A DNA stretch of 64,000 bases from Dehalococcoidia bacterium (lineage in GTDB: Bacteria > Chloroflexota > Dehalococcoidia > Bin125), in NCBI GenBank assembly GCA_963555985.3, contig OY820591.1, positions 1,280,001-1,344,000 of the forward strand. The letters run 5' to 3'. Made by a program: the position numbers and the translations under genes. Below are positions 24,953 through 34,609 of the stretch, piece after piece. Each line of letters opens with the position of its first letter. Positions within the stretch are counted from its first letter, which is position 1. The notes under the pieces were generated by a model that saw only the letters and a program-made list of their open reading frames with translations, was not told the origin of the DNA and did no database searches.

Positions 24953-25420
24953 CTACAGAGGCTCCCGGATGTGATTGAAGTTGACGTTCTGCCCTGGCAA
25001 TACGGCCTCCGCTTCGAGATAAAGTGCGACGTCATCGGTGAGCAACGGGCGATCCGGCTGGACCGCTTGAAGCGCAGCGGCATCGGCGAGTCCCAGTCGA
25101 TGGTACGCCGGGTGGGTGACAGCTTCGGCGCTGAGCACGATCACTTCATTGCTCTCGTTGATTAGGCGTGCGAGCGCCCGCATGAGTTCGGTCCGATCAG
25201 GCTCGCCGTACTGGCGAAGCAGATTCGAGGTCTCTGACAGCGTGTTCGGCAGCGCGTACACGACTCCGCCCGCCCGCGCGATCACGGAGCAGAGCTTCTC
25301 ATAGTCGCCGACCGAGTAGGCCTTGAGACGTTTGTGGGTGTCAATGATTCGCTCATTGGCCCGACCTGCAATGAGCAGCACCAGCAGATTGGTATCGATT
25401 AGATATCCGTCGCGAGGCAT
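24953..25420 (-). CDS. PIN-domain ribonuclease
   Basis: LIDTNLL, E in LSETSN, GLADA and LLTDD give the acidic PIN catalytic pattern. Confidence 0.85.
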   Translation of the reverse strand: MPRDGYLIDTNLLVLLIAGRANERIIDTHKRLKAYSVGDYEKLCSVIARAGGVVYALPNTLSETSNLLRQYGEPDRTELMRALARLINESNEVIVLSAEAVTHPAYHRLGLADAAALQAVQPDRPLLTDDVALYLEAEAVLPGQNVNFNHIREPL

Positions 25421-25423
25421 CGG

Positions 25424-25705
25424 CTACGGCGCGGGCGTGAGGAATCGGTCACGCATGCCGACGAACTCGCCGTCTTCGTCCTTGAGACGAACGACCTTGT
25501 ACGAGCGCTTTGTCCAGTCTGGCTGAACCTCCGCGGGGAATTCGAGGCGCTTCGTGGCTCGGTGCGCGAACCCCACCGTGATCAGCCATTCGTCGCGGTC
25601 AGCGTCAAAGTCGATCTCTTCGAGGCGAATTTGCCCGATCCTCTCATCGGCGAATACTTCCTTGATCACCTGTTTTGCCGACCGGACTGCCTCGATCCTC
25701 TCCAT
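25424..25705 (-). CDS. Hypothetical 93-aa protein upstream of the PIN gene (candidate antitoxin or partner)
   Basis: RBS GGAGAGG; LEEIDFD...WLITVGF...RSYKVV; its stop is 3 nt from the PIN start. Confidence 0.75.
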   Translation of the reverse strand: MERIEAVRSAKQVIKEVFADERIGQIRLEEIDFDADRDEWLITVGFAHRATKRLEFPAEVQPDWTKRSYKVVRLKDEDGEFVGMRDRFLTPAP

Positions 25706-25730
25706 CTCGAATCCTCTCCGCTGTCAGGCA

Positions 25731-27185
25731 CTACACGAACGCCTTCGGGCCAAATTTCGCGATCTGATGTTGCGCGCTCTGGTGTCCCGCTTCCCCGCAG
25801 CCGTGACCTTTCGGGAAGATCTTGCACGGGTTGAAGTTCTCCGTCGGCCCGAACGCCGCGCGAAGCGATTTCATCGTGTCCATGTCCGCCTCAGTGAAGA
25901 TCCAGGGCAGATAGTCGCGTTTCTCCAGTCCGACCCCATGCTCTCCCGTGATCGCGCCGCCAGCGTCCACGCAGAGCCGCATGATCTCGCCGCCCGCATC
26001 CAGGACTCGCTCAGTCGCCCCCGGTTCGCGCTCGTCGAAGAGCAGGCAGGGATGCAGGTTGCCGTCCCCGGCGTGGAACATGTTCGCCACCGGCAGCCCG
26101 TAACGCTCCGCAATCTCGTAGACCGAATCGAGCACATCAGGCAGCTTGGTTCGCGGCACCACCCCGTCGAGCAGGTAGTAGTTGGGCATGATCTGCCCGA
26201 GTGCCCCAATCGCGCCCTTCCGACCGGCCCAAAGCTGCTCACGCTCCGCCGGATCGGTCGCGCTACGCACCTCGCGCGGCTCGAAGCGCCGCAGAATTGC
26301 CTCAACGGTCGCACCTTCCGCGTCAACTTGCGACTGCGGCCCATCCACTTCCACCAAGAGCACAGCTTCGGCGTCAAGCGGGAACCCCGTATTGAGCACC
26401 GGTTCGACCGCAGCGATCGTCATCTTGTCAATCATCTCCAGCGCGGCCGGAACCACACCCGAGGCAATGATCGCCGAGACAGTGTTCGAGGCCTGCCGCA
26501 CCGAGTCGTAGATCGCCAGCATCGTTCTGACCGCCGTGGGTTTCGGCACCAGCCGCACGAGTGCTTGCGTGACAATCCCGACCGTTCCTTCCGAGCCAAC
26601 CACGCAGCCCACCAGGTCGTACCCCGGCTGATCGCGAGTGGCGTCGCCGATCCACTGCACTTCGCCGTCAGCCGTCACGAGTTCGAGCGCCAGCACATGG
26701 TTCGTGGTCGTCCCCCAGGCCAGCGTGTGCGGGCCGCCCGCGTTCTCCGCCACATTGCCGCCAATCGTGCAGGCGCGCTGACTTGAGGGATCGGGCGCAT
26801 AGGCCAGCCCATGCCGTTCGGCTTCCAGACCGAGGTCGAGATTGACTACGCCAGGCTGAACGAGCGCCGTCTTGTTCGCCACATCAATCTCAAGAATCCG
26901 CCGCATTCGGTTCATCCCAATCACGATCCCGCCCTTCGCGGCTAGCGCTCCCCCGCTCAGACCCGTGCCCGCTCCGCGCGGTGTGATCGGTACGTCGTAT
27001 CGATTCGCAATCTGGATCAACGCCGCCACATCCTCGGTTGTCGCCGGCAGCGCAATCGCGTCGGGATTACCGCGATCGATCGTGCCGTCGTACTCATAGA
27101 CGAGCAGGTCTTCCGGTGCCCACACGACCGCTTCAGCTCCAATCGCGTCAATCAGATCTCGAACGATCGGCGATGGTTGAGACAT
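25731..27185 (-). CDS. glcD: Glycolate oxidase FAD-linked subunit
   Basis: PRGAGTGLSGG, PDPSSQRACTIGGNVAENAGG, HAGDGNLHP and GEHGVG. Confidence 0.93.
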   Translation of the reverse strand: MSQPSPIVRDLIDAIGAEAVVWAPEDLLVYEYDGTIDRGNPDAIALPATTEDVAALIQIANRYDVPITPRGAGTGLSGGALAAKGGIVIGMNRMRRILEIDVANKTALVQPGVVNLDLGLEAERHGLAYAPDPSSQRACTIGGNVAENAGGPHTLAWGTTTNHVLALELVTADGEVQWIGDATRDQPGYDLVGCVVGSEGTVGIVTQALVRLVPKPTAVRTMLAIYDSVRQASNTVSAIIASGVVPAALEMIDKMTIAAVEPVLNTGFPLDAEAVLLVEVDGPQSQVDAEGATVEAILRRFEPREVRSATDPAEREQLWAGRKGAIGALGQIMPNYYLLDGVVPRTKLPDVLDSVYEIAERYGLPVANMFHAGDGNLHPCLLFDEREPGATERVLDAGGEIMRLCVDAGGAITGEHGVGLEKRDYLPWIFTEADMDTMKSLRAAFGPTENFNPCKIFPKGHGCGEAGHQSAQHQIAKFGPKAFV

Positions 27186-27259
27186 ACTGCACTCATTTCC
27201 AACTGCTGTTGGCCTCGATCATAGTCCGCGGAACTACGCGTTCACCTGCTCGCGCGCTC

Positions 27260-28051
27260 TCACTTCCAGCGACGCGCGAGAAAGTCCAGCACCGCCTCAT
27301 TGAAACGTTCAGGCTGCTCGAAGTACTCCGAATGCCCCGCATCCGGGACAACCACGAGCTCGCTCCCCTCCATTGCGCGATGCGAGGCGGCCATCGCCTC
27401 CCACGGCACGATCTTGTCGTGCTCACCGACGATGTACAGCATCGGCATCCCAAACTGGCGCAGGAGCGGCATCGACGACCCCCGCCAGGTGGCCAAGCCA
27501 GGCGTGGGTGCCAGAAACGTCCGCGGACGCGGAGGATTCCAGCCGTTCATCCGCCGGTAGAGCCAGGCCAACTCAGGCTGCTCACGCTCGGTCGCGGGAG
27601 CGAGCGCGCGTTGGCGCAACGTCTGACCTTCCACCGTCTTGTAGTGCGCAGCCTGGATTGAGCGGACTTCATCATTGACCGCCCCGGCCAGTGTTCCCGA
27701 GAGAATCAGCGCCTCAATCCGGCCGGGGAAAATCAGCGCGAACGGCGTAGCCGTGCGACCGCCCATCGAGTGCGCGATCATCGCAAAGCGATCAATGCCC
27801 AAGTGATCGAGCAGTGCATGGAGATCATGAGGAAAAGCCCGCCGGCCCGGGCCGCCGGGGACGTCTCGGCTCAGTCCGAAGGCGCGGTGGTCAAATGTGA
27901 CTACGCGATAGCGCTCGGCGAAGACAGGGACTTGCCGCCACCAGACGAGGTGATTGCCGCCTGCGCCGTGCGCCAACACGAGCGCCGGTGCGTCCTCCGC
28001 TCCGTGGCATTCGTAGTAGAGGTCGATCTCGTTGCAGTGAAGGAATGGCAC
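27260..28051 (-). CDS. Alpha/beta hydrolase
   Basis: HG oxyanion motif, AHSMGG nucleophile elbow, GEHD and AGHS. Confidence 0.9.
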   Translation of the reverse strand: MPFLHCNEIDLYYECHGAEDAPALVLAHGAGGNHLVWWRQVPVFAERYRVVTFDHRAFGLSRDVPGGPGRRAFPHDLHALLDHLGIDRFAMIAHSMGGRTATPFALIFPGRIEALILSGTLAGAVNDEVRSIQAAHYKTVEGQTLRQRALAPATEREQPELAWLYRRMNGWNPPRPRTFLAPTPGLATWRGSSMPLLRQFGMPMLYIVGEHDKIVPWEAMAASHRAMEGSELVVVPDAGHSEYFEQPERFNEAVLDFLARRWK

Positions 28052-28054
28052 CGG

Positions 28055-28534
28055 TCAGCCCGCAGCCGCGTCTCGGACTAACTCAAGCGCCCGCACCGCG
28101 GTTAGACGCTTGTTGCCCTCTCGATCCTCCGGCCACATATGCCGCTCCGCCACCACTCGCTCGCCGGGTCCAACGCAGGCAATCCAGACCGTTCCAACCG
28201 GCCGCTCTTCCGATCCACCAGTGGGACCGGTAATTCCGGTTTCCGCCACCCCGATATCCGCCTTGATCGTGTCCCGAACCCCGCGCGCCATCGCAACGGC
28301 GGCCTCCTCAGAGACTGATCCATGCTCTCGCAAGACCTCCCGCTCAACTCCGATCAGATCCATCTTGGGATGGTTGTGGTACGGATTCGCGCCGCCAATC
28401 CAGGCGCGCGAACAGCCGGGGATGTCCGTGATCCAGTGCCCAATCAAGCCGCCGGTATCGGTTTCGGCGGTGGCCAGCGTCAGGCCGCGCTCAATGAGCA
28501 GATCGACCACTTCCTGCGCGAGCGCTTCCGCCAT
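28055..28534 (-). CDS. CinA C-terminal domain / PncC-like NMN deamidase family protein
   Basis: LATAETDTGGLI, HGSVSEEAAVAMARG, TGITGPTGG and PVGTVWI. Confidence 0.85.
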   Translation of the reverse strand: MAEALAQEVVDLLIERGLTLATAETDTGGLIGHWITDIPGCSRAWIGGANPYHNHPKMDLIGVEREVLREHGSVSEEAAVAMARGVRDTIKADIGVAETGITGPTGGSEERPVGTVWIACVGPGERVVAERHMWPEDREGNKRLTAVRALELVRDAAAG

Positions 28535-28538
28535 CGCC

Positions 28539-28853
28539 CTAGTCCTCGTTGTTGGTGAAGCGGTCCCAACCGAACATCAAGATCAGGATGAAGGTGACCA
28601 GCACGATGAACGGGGCGAGCAGGATCGAGAACTCGTACCACTCTTCCCGGTCGAAATTGTTCACCCCGGTACCGCCCTCGTCCGGCTCCGCCTGCGGGGC
28701 GACTTGGATCTGGGCCTCGCTCGGTGTCTCGGACGCTGCGTAGGCCTGACCTCCGAACGCCGGCTGGAGCGCCGCGATCGTGAATAGAGCCAGGGCCGCG
28801 ACCAAGACCAGCCGCGAAAGCGGCCGAATCGCGGATCGAATCACAGAGCGCAT
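28539..28853 (-). CDS. Small protein with a signal peptide and C-terminal TM helix
   Basis: N-terminal hydrophobic segment ending AYA, acidic linker and a second TM segment. Confidence 0.6.
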   Translation of the reverse strand: MRSVIRSAIRPLSRLVLVAALALFTIAALQPAFGGQAYAASETPSEAQIQVAPQAEPDEGGTGVNNFDREEWYEFSILLAPFIVLVTFILILMFGWDRFTNNED

Positions 28854-28910
28854 CGCGTCGTCCCTTCGTCTTATCTCTGTCGAATCGGTCAGCCTGCGCC
28901 AATGCGCAGA

Positions 28911-30251
28911 CTATTCGAGCGCCCCCGACTGTGCGAGCGCGTCGATCCGTTCCGCATCGTAGCCAAGCATTCGGCTCAGCACATAGCGGGTGTCTTCGCC
29001 CAGACGCGGCGCGGGTGACACGACCGTCGCCGGCGTCTCCGACAGTCTCCACGGCGGAGGCAGTACCGTGCGCTGGTGCGATTCCGGCGGTTTCACGTCA
29101 ACGCCGCCGCCGCGCCCCTGGAATTGTTCCGAGTGGTGAATGTCCGAACCCCACAGCGACGGCGCGGCGGGAACACCGGCAGCTCGTAACGATTGCGCTG
29201 CCCCAATTGCCGACTGCTCGCTCGTCCACGCCTCAATCATGGGCTTGAGTTCGTCCCGGTGCTTCCAACGTTTCAGGCCCGTGCGAAAGCGTGGATCGTT
29301 GCGAAGGTGATCGAGACCGGCGACATCGCAGAGCGCGTTCCACTCCTCGTCGCTGCGGCAAGCGATCGCCAGCCAACCGCGCTTCGCCCCGGGGCGTTCG
29401 CCCTCGCCGTCGTTCGGATCACGCATCGTCGCGGTGCGGAAGACATCGTGCGGCGCATAGGCGCGATGCCCGTTGCCGAGCCGTTCCCCGTCCGTCCCGA
29501 AGAAATCAACGTGCAGGAACTCTTCGCCGATGTGCATCCCGATCGCTTCACTTGACGAAGCGTCAATGAACTGTCCCCGCCCCGTTCGCTCGCGGTAGTG
29601 CAGACCGGCCACCATCGCCATCGCCGCCGCTGTTCCCGCCCGCAGGTCAATCGAGCCGCCCATCGTCAGCGGCGGTTCGTCCGGATCGCCGGAGAGATAC
29701 GACAATCCCGACATCGCCGCGAAGGTCGGCGCATAACCCGTGTAGTTGCGTTCCGGCCCGGTCGCGCCAAGTGCGGAGGCGGAGATCATCACGATCTCCG
29801 GATTGATCGCGCGCAGATCCTCGTAACCCAGTCCTAGCTTGTCCAGAATCCCCGGACGGAAGTTGTCGATCGCGCCGTCACTGGTCTGCGCAAGATCGCG
29901 AATGACTTGCTTCGCGCCCTCCGTCTTGAGATTGAGCTGGATCGAGTACTTGTTCAGGTTCACCTCGTTGAACATCGGGGCCTGGTTGACCCCGCCCTTG
30001 AACGACCCCATCGCCAGCGAGCGCTGGCGGCTGTGATCGATCCGGGTGGCCGACTCGACCTTGATCAGCTCAGCGCCAAGCAACGCAAGCTGCATCGCCC
30101 CATAGGGGCCGGCCCAAGCCCAAGTGAAGTCGATAATCCGCTTGCCGCTCAACGGACCGGGGCGCTCGGCCGCTCCGAGCAGTCCGTTGCCCCCATAGGC
30201 TCCATTGCCCGTCTGGCTGCCATTTGCGCCGTTGGCGCTTGTGTTGCTCAT
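28911..30251 (-). CDS. Class III CoA-transferase (catalytic Asp present)
   Basis: IIDFTWAWAGP, NLNKYS, NFRPG and GGSIDLRAG; start MSNTSANG overlaps the upstream stop. Confidence 0.9.
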   Translation of the reverse strand: MSNTSANGANGSQTGNGAYGGNGLLGAAERPGPLSGKRIIDFTWAWAGPYGAMQLALLGAELIKVESATRIDHSRQRSLAMGSFKGGVNQAPMFNEVNLNKYSIQLNLKTEGAKQVIRDLAQTSDGAIDNFRPGILDKLGLGYEDLRAINPEIVMISASALGATGPERNYTGYAPTFAAMSGLSYLSGDPDEPPLTMGGSIDLRAGTAAAMAMVAGLHYRERTGRGQFIDASSSEAIGMHIGEEFLHVDFFGTDGERLGNGHRAYAPHDVFRTATMRDPNDGEGERPGAKRGWLAIACRSDEEWNALCDVAGLDHLRNDPRFRTGLKRWKHRDELKPMIEAWTSEQSAIGAAQSLRAAGVPAAPSLWGSDIHHSEQFQGRGGGVDVKPPESHQRTVLPPPWRLSETPATVVSPAPRLGEDTRYVLSRMLGYDAERIDALAQSGALE

Positions 30252-31483
30252 CCGATTACTCCCGCTCGTCGCGCCTGCGCGGCGCTCCAGGGTCTGATGT
30301 GTTCGTTCACGACCTCGACAGTTGCCTCCCCAAGCAGCGGCGCAGCCCGGCGCGCTGGTCGCTGCGCGCCCGTCCATTGAGCCGCAAACTGCGCGTAGCG
30401 TCCTGTCGGCGCGACGGGATGCGTAAGTAGATCGAAGAATCCGCGCTGACGCTCCTGCTCCGAATTCATCACCTCAGACGGTCGCAAGACTGGTCCGGCC
30501 GGTGCGCTGTTCGCCTGAAGCGCCCGAAAGACTTGGTCCCGCGTCCGCGCCCGAGCCCACGTCTCCAGCGCCTGTTGCGCCTCAACGCCCAGATTGATCC
30601 GGTCGATCAACTCACCCTGTTCGTCGAACGCCCACTCAGGATCGCCCATCGCCTTGATGATCCCCGCCCACTGGTGACGCTGCGGAGTCACCGCGATCAG
30701 GTGACCGTCAGAACACTCCAGCCGTCCTCCGAACGCGCTGCCGCCCGTGCCGCGCGGCATCGGCGGCGGGCCGCCGTCGTTGTGCGCAATCGAGATATCC
30801 ACCCGATCCATGTTCATCATCGCGTCCGTGCTGGCCACATCCACAATCTGACCCTCACCCGTTCGCTCGCGCGCCATCAGCGCCGCCCACGCACCGATCG
30901 CCAGCGCTAGTCCTCCGTCCGCCTCATGCACGTTCGCGCCCGCGACCGTGGGCGCACCGCTGTCCGCCCCAAGATTGCGCCGCACACCGGCAGCCGATCC
31001 GGCCGCATGAGCGCGCGTCAGAGCTGTGCTCGGCCATTCCCGCGCCGGACCCTCAAGCCCAAACGGAGTCACTGCGGCAATCACCAAGCGTGGATAGCGC
31101 TCGCGCAACGAGGCAGGCGACAAATCCAACGCTTCAAGCTGCGCCGGTGTGTGATCGCTGATGAACACGTCCGCCGCTGCCAGCAGTTCCTGGATCACCC
31201 GCCGAGCCGCGGCCGTGTCCAGATCCAGAACGACACTGCGCTTACACGTGTTGTAGTTCAGCCAAATCGTCGAGGTCTCTCGGTCCGGAGCAGGGTCGGC
31301 GAACGGAGCCATGCTTCTCGCCGCATCGCCGCCCGGAGGCTCGATCTTGATCGTCTCCGCGCCTGCATCCGCCAACAGCCGCGCCGCGAACGGACCCGAG
31401 ATCTCCGAAGCGAGTTCGATCACCCGCACGCCCTCAAGCAGCGGCGGGCCAAGCTCCGCGGTAGAGAGTTGGGAATCCGGCAT
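30248..31483 (-). CDS. Class III CoA-transferase (probable non-catalytic partner subunit)
   Basis: VRVIELASEISGPFA, NTCKRS and RAAPLLGE; ANVHEADGG at the position of the catalytic Asp motif. Confidence 0.88.
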   Translation of the reverse strand: MPDSQLSTAELGPPLLEGVRVIELASEISGPFAARLLADAGAETIKIEPPGGDAARSMAPFADPAPDRETSTIWLNYNTCKRSVVLDLDTAAARRVIQELLAAADVFISDHTPAQLEALDLSPASLRERYPRLVIAAVTPFGLEGPAREWPSTALTRAHAAGSAAGVRRNLGADSGAPTVAGANVHEADGGLALAIGAWAALMARERTGEGQIVDVASTDAMMNMDRVDISIAHNDGGPPPMPRGTGGSAFGGRLECSDGHLIAVTPQRHQWAGIIKAMGDPEWAFDEQGELIDRINLGVEAQQALETWARARTRDQVFRALQANSAPAGPVLRPSEVMNSEQERQRGFFDLLTHPVAPTGRYAQFAAQWTGAQRPARRAAPLLGEATVEVVNEHIRPWSAAQARRAGVIG

Positions 31484-31597
31484 ACGCTCACAGTCTAAAG
31501 CCGCTTGCTCCTGCAAACCCGCTAGACGCTCCTCCAGACTCACTCGTAGACTTGCCCCATCAGCAACGAAACCCCGGAACGGGCGAACGGAGTCCCG

Positions 31598-32809
31598 GTG
31601 AGCGACGCGAACGAACCCAGCATCACCCGTCCCTACGACGGCGTGCGCGTGCTCGAACTCGCCGAGGGCATCTCCGGACCCTTCGCCGCACGCTGGCTCG
31701 CCGCGCTCGGAGCCGATGTGATCAAGGTCGAGCGCGTCACCGGCGACCCCTCCCGGGCCTTCGGCCCCTGGCCGAACGACATCCCCGACGACGAGACCAG
31801 CGGACTCTTCCTCTACCTCAACGGAGACAAACGCAGCCTCACCCTCAACCTCGACACCTCCGATGGCCAGGAAATCCTGCGCGAACTCGCGGCCACAGCC
31901 GACATCGTGATCGAGTCATTCGAGCCCGGCTATCTAGATGCTCGCGCAATCGGCTACGACACCCTCTCCGCCGAGCGTCCCCAACTGGTGATGATCGCGA
32001 TCACTCCATTCGGCCAAACTGGCCCCAACGCCAACCTGCCCGCGACAGAACTCACCCTCTACGCCGCCAGCGGACAACTCTGGCTGACCGGACACCCCGC
32101 CCGCCCGCCGCTCAAGAACGGCGGCTCACAACCCTCCTATCAGGCCGGACTCAACGCCTTCGCCGCAATCAGCGGCGCCTACTACGCCGCTGCTGTGCAT
32201 GGAGAGGGCGCGTTCATCGATCTATCCGTTCAGGAGACCTATGCCGGCATGGCCGAGGCCTATCACAATCGCGCCTCCCAACTCGCCATCGAGAGTCAGC
32301 GCGGCGGCAACTTCCTCAACGCCCTCTGGGGTCTCTATCCCGTGATCGACGGCTACGGAGGCGTCTGCCTGCTCCCCCGCAACTACCCCGGCTTCACTGT
32401 CGCAGCCGCAGACCTGCCCGAGCTCCGGGAAGAACGCTTCGCCGACCCGGGCAACCGTCTGCTCAACAACGACGAGCTCATGGCCATCATGTACGGCTGG
32501 TTCGCGGGACGCACGCGCGCAGAGCTCTTCGAACTCGGTATCGAGAACCGCGTTCCGCTCGGTTTCGTCGCCACCTTCGAAGACCTCTCAAACTCCGACC
32601 ATCTCAACGAGCGCGAGTTCTTCACCGAACTCGACGACGAACAGGCCGGCTCGCTCAAATACCCCGGCCGGCTCTGGCTCAGCAGCGAACACGACTGGAA
32701 ACGCGGTCGCGCCCCGCGACTGGGCGAGCACAACCTCGAAATCATCCACGGCGAGCTCGGCTACGACCGCGAAGACCTCGTCCGCCTACGCGAGCTGAAC
32801 GCCATCTAG
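31598..32809 (+). CDS. Class III CoA-transferase (probable non-catalytic partner subunit)
   Basis: VRVLELAEGISGPFA, LNGDKRSLTLNL and APRLGEHN; QPSYQAG lacks the Asp. Confidence 0.9.
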   Translation: MSDANEPSITRPYDGVRVLELAEGISGPFAARWLAALGADVIKVERVTGDPSRAFGPWPNDIPDDETSGLFLYLNGDKRSLTLNLDTSDGQEILRELAATADIVIESFEPGYLDARAIGYDTLSAERPQLVMIAITPFGQTGPNANLPATELTLYAASGQLWLTGHPARPPLKNGGSQPSYQAGLNAFAAISGAYYAAAVHGEGAFIDLSVQETYAGMAEAYHNRASQLAIESQRGGNFLNALWGLYPVIDGYGGVCLLPRNYPGFTVAAADLPELREERFADPGNRLLNNDELMAIMYGWFAGRTRAELFELGIENRVPLGFVATFEDLSNSDHLNEREFFTELDDEQAGSLKYPGRLWLSSEHDWKRGRAPRLGEHNLEIIHGELGYDREDLVRLRELNAI

Positions 32810-32831
32810 CGCGGCGAAGGGAATCCAATCC

Positions 32832-34118
32832 ATGCCACCACCCGGCCGACCGCTTACTGGCGTCCGTGTCGCCGACCTCACCATGATCTGGGCGGGCCCC
32901 TACGGAGCCAAGATTCTCGCCGATCAGGGCGCTGAGGTGATCAAGATCGAGTCGCCCCAGGCATGGGACAACATCCGCACCCTGATCCCGCCCCCGGTCG
33001 CCCCGGGCGAGCACTGGTGGAACACCAACTTCTACTTCCACGAGTACAGCCGCAACAAGAAATCACTCACCCTCGACCTGCGCGCCGATCGGGGCAAGGC
33101 CGTCTTCGCCAAGTTGCTCAAACACTGCGACGTCGTGATCGAGAACTACCGCACCGACGTGATGGACAACCTCGGCCTCACCTACGACTGGCTGCGCGAG
33201 CAGAAAGAGGACATCATCGTTGTCGGCATGGCCGGCTTCGGCAAGACTGGCCCCGAACGCGATGCCGTCGGCTACGGACCGATCATCGAGATGATGAGCG
33301 GCATGACCTCCACCAGCGGCTACGGCGACGACGGCGTGCCCTACAAGAGCGGTATCTCCTACGGCGACCCCATCGCCGGCATCTGCGCCGCCGCAGCCGT
33401 GGCGACTGCGCTCGTTCAGCGACATCAGACAGGCAAAGGCCAGTTCATCGATCTCGCCCAGCGCGAGGTCATGTCCACCATGCTCGGCGAGTTCTACATG
33501 GACTGGTCAATGAACCAGCGCCTTCCAGACCACATGGGTACCGGTCACGACTGGATGGCCCCGCACAACGTCTATCCCTGCGCCGGCGACGATGAGTGGG
33601 TCGCGATCTGCGTCCGCACGGACGAAGAGTGGGAGTCGCTCAAGCGAGTGATGAGCGAACCGGATTGGGCGGAACGAGACCAATTCAGCGATCAAATCCG
33701 CCGCTGGGAACACCGCGCCGAACTCGACGAGCTCGTGTCAGCGTGGACGTCATCCCAACTCAAGACCGACATCTTCGCCGCCTGCCGCGAGCAGCGCATC
33801 CCCTCCTCGCCGGTCTGGAAGATGCTCGAAATCCTCAGCGAACCGCATCTCAAGACCCGCAAGTTCTACGAGCCATTGCGACACCCCGAAGTCGGCATCT
33901 GGATGGTGCACGGCTGGCTCTGGCGCACCGACGGCGCCGGACCCTGCATCCTCGCCCCGGCCCCCGACTTCGGCCAACACAACAACGAAATCCTCGGCGG
34001 ACTCCTCGGCATGTCCGATGACGAACAAGCCGCCCTCGAAGCCGCCGGAATCATCGCCGCCCAACCGGCAGGCGTTCCGCCCGCCTCCGAAATGCCCCCA
34101 ACCCCGTCAATGCTCTAG
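32832..34118 (+). CDS. Class III CoA-transferase (catalytic Asp present)
   Basis: VADLTMIWAGP, RNKKSLTLDL and ISYGDPIAG. Confidence 0.92.
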   Translation: MPPPGRPLTGVRVADLTMIWAGPYGAKILADQGAEVIKIESPQAWDNIRTLIPPPVAPGEHWWNTNFYFHEYSRNKKSLTLDLRADRGKAVFAKLLKHCDVVIENYRTDVMDNLGLTYDWLREQKEDIIVVGMAGFGKTGPERDAVGYGPIIEMMSGMTSTSGYGDDGVPYKSGISYGDPIAGICAAAAVATALVQRHQTGKGQFIDLAQREVMSTMLGEFYMDWSMNQRLPDHMGTGHDWMAPHNVYPCAGDDEWVAICVRTDEEWESLKRVMSEPDWAERDQFSDQIRRWEHRAELDELVSAWTSSQLKTDIFAACREQRIPSSPVWKMLEILSEPHLKTRKFYEPLRHPEVGIWMVHGWLWRTDGAGPCILAPAPDFGQHNNEILGGLLGMSDDEQAALEAAGIIAAQPAGVPPASEMPPTPSML

Positions 34119-34594
34119 TTGAACTGGTCGTCACCCAGCTTGAGCACTTCGACCGTCTCGAGCAGTTGCGCAAAGTGCGCAACATGCGCCTCAACGCTGT
34201 GACCGACAGCGAGTGCCCAAGTCTCCGAGCGATCGAGCCGCTTCGCGATCTCTTCGAGGTCGTCCCGCCAATGCCACGACTTGTCGATCGGCGCAGGCAG
34301 TTGCAGCCGCAGCGGACGCTCCGAATCAGGCGGCCAAAAGCGCGCATACCAGGCATGGCGGCGGAGAATACCGGCGCGCATCAAGACGACGTAGGGCGTG
34401 CGCTCGTCCGCTGAGGAGTGCTCGTGGTCGGGCGCGCAGCGCAGCAGGAAGTTGAAAATCGAGAACTGCCCCGCCCGCGTACCCGTGCGCAGTTGCCCGA
34501 TCGCGCACAGCCCGTCCGCCACCGCTAGCAGCTGCGCCGCATCTTCCGCCGGAAGCCGCGCCTCCGCCAGCAGTCGCTCGCTTGTTGCATCCAC
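34115..34594 (-). CDS. Hypothetical protein (possibly DinB-like helical fold)
   Basis: Co-oriented ORF just downstream of the crotonase, with a C-terminal HSVEAHVAHFAQL His pattern. Weak evidence. Confidence 0.5.
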   Translation of the reverse strand: MDATSERLLAEARLPAEDAAQLLAVADGLCAIGQLRTGTRAGQFSIFNFLLRCAPDHEHSSADERTPYVVLMRAGILRRHAWYARFWPPDSERPLRLQLPAPIDKSWHWRDDLEEIAKRLDRSETWALAVGHSVEAHVAHFAQLLETVEVLKLGDDQFN

Positions 34595-34609
34595 GCTCCC
34601 GCGCTCCGC

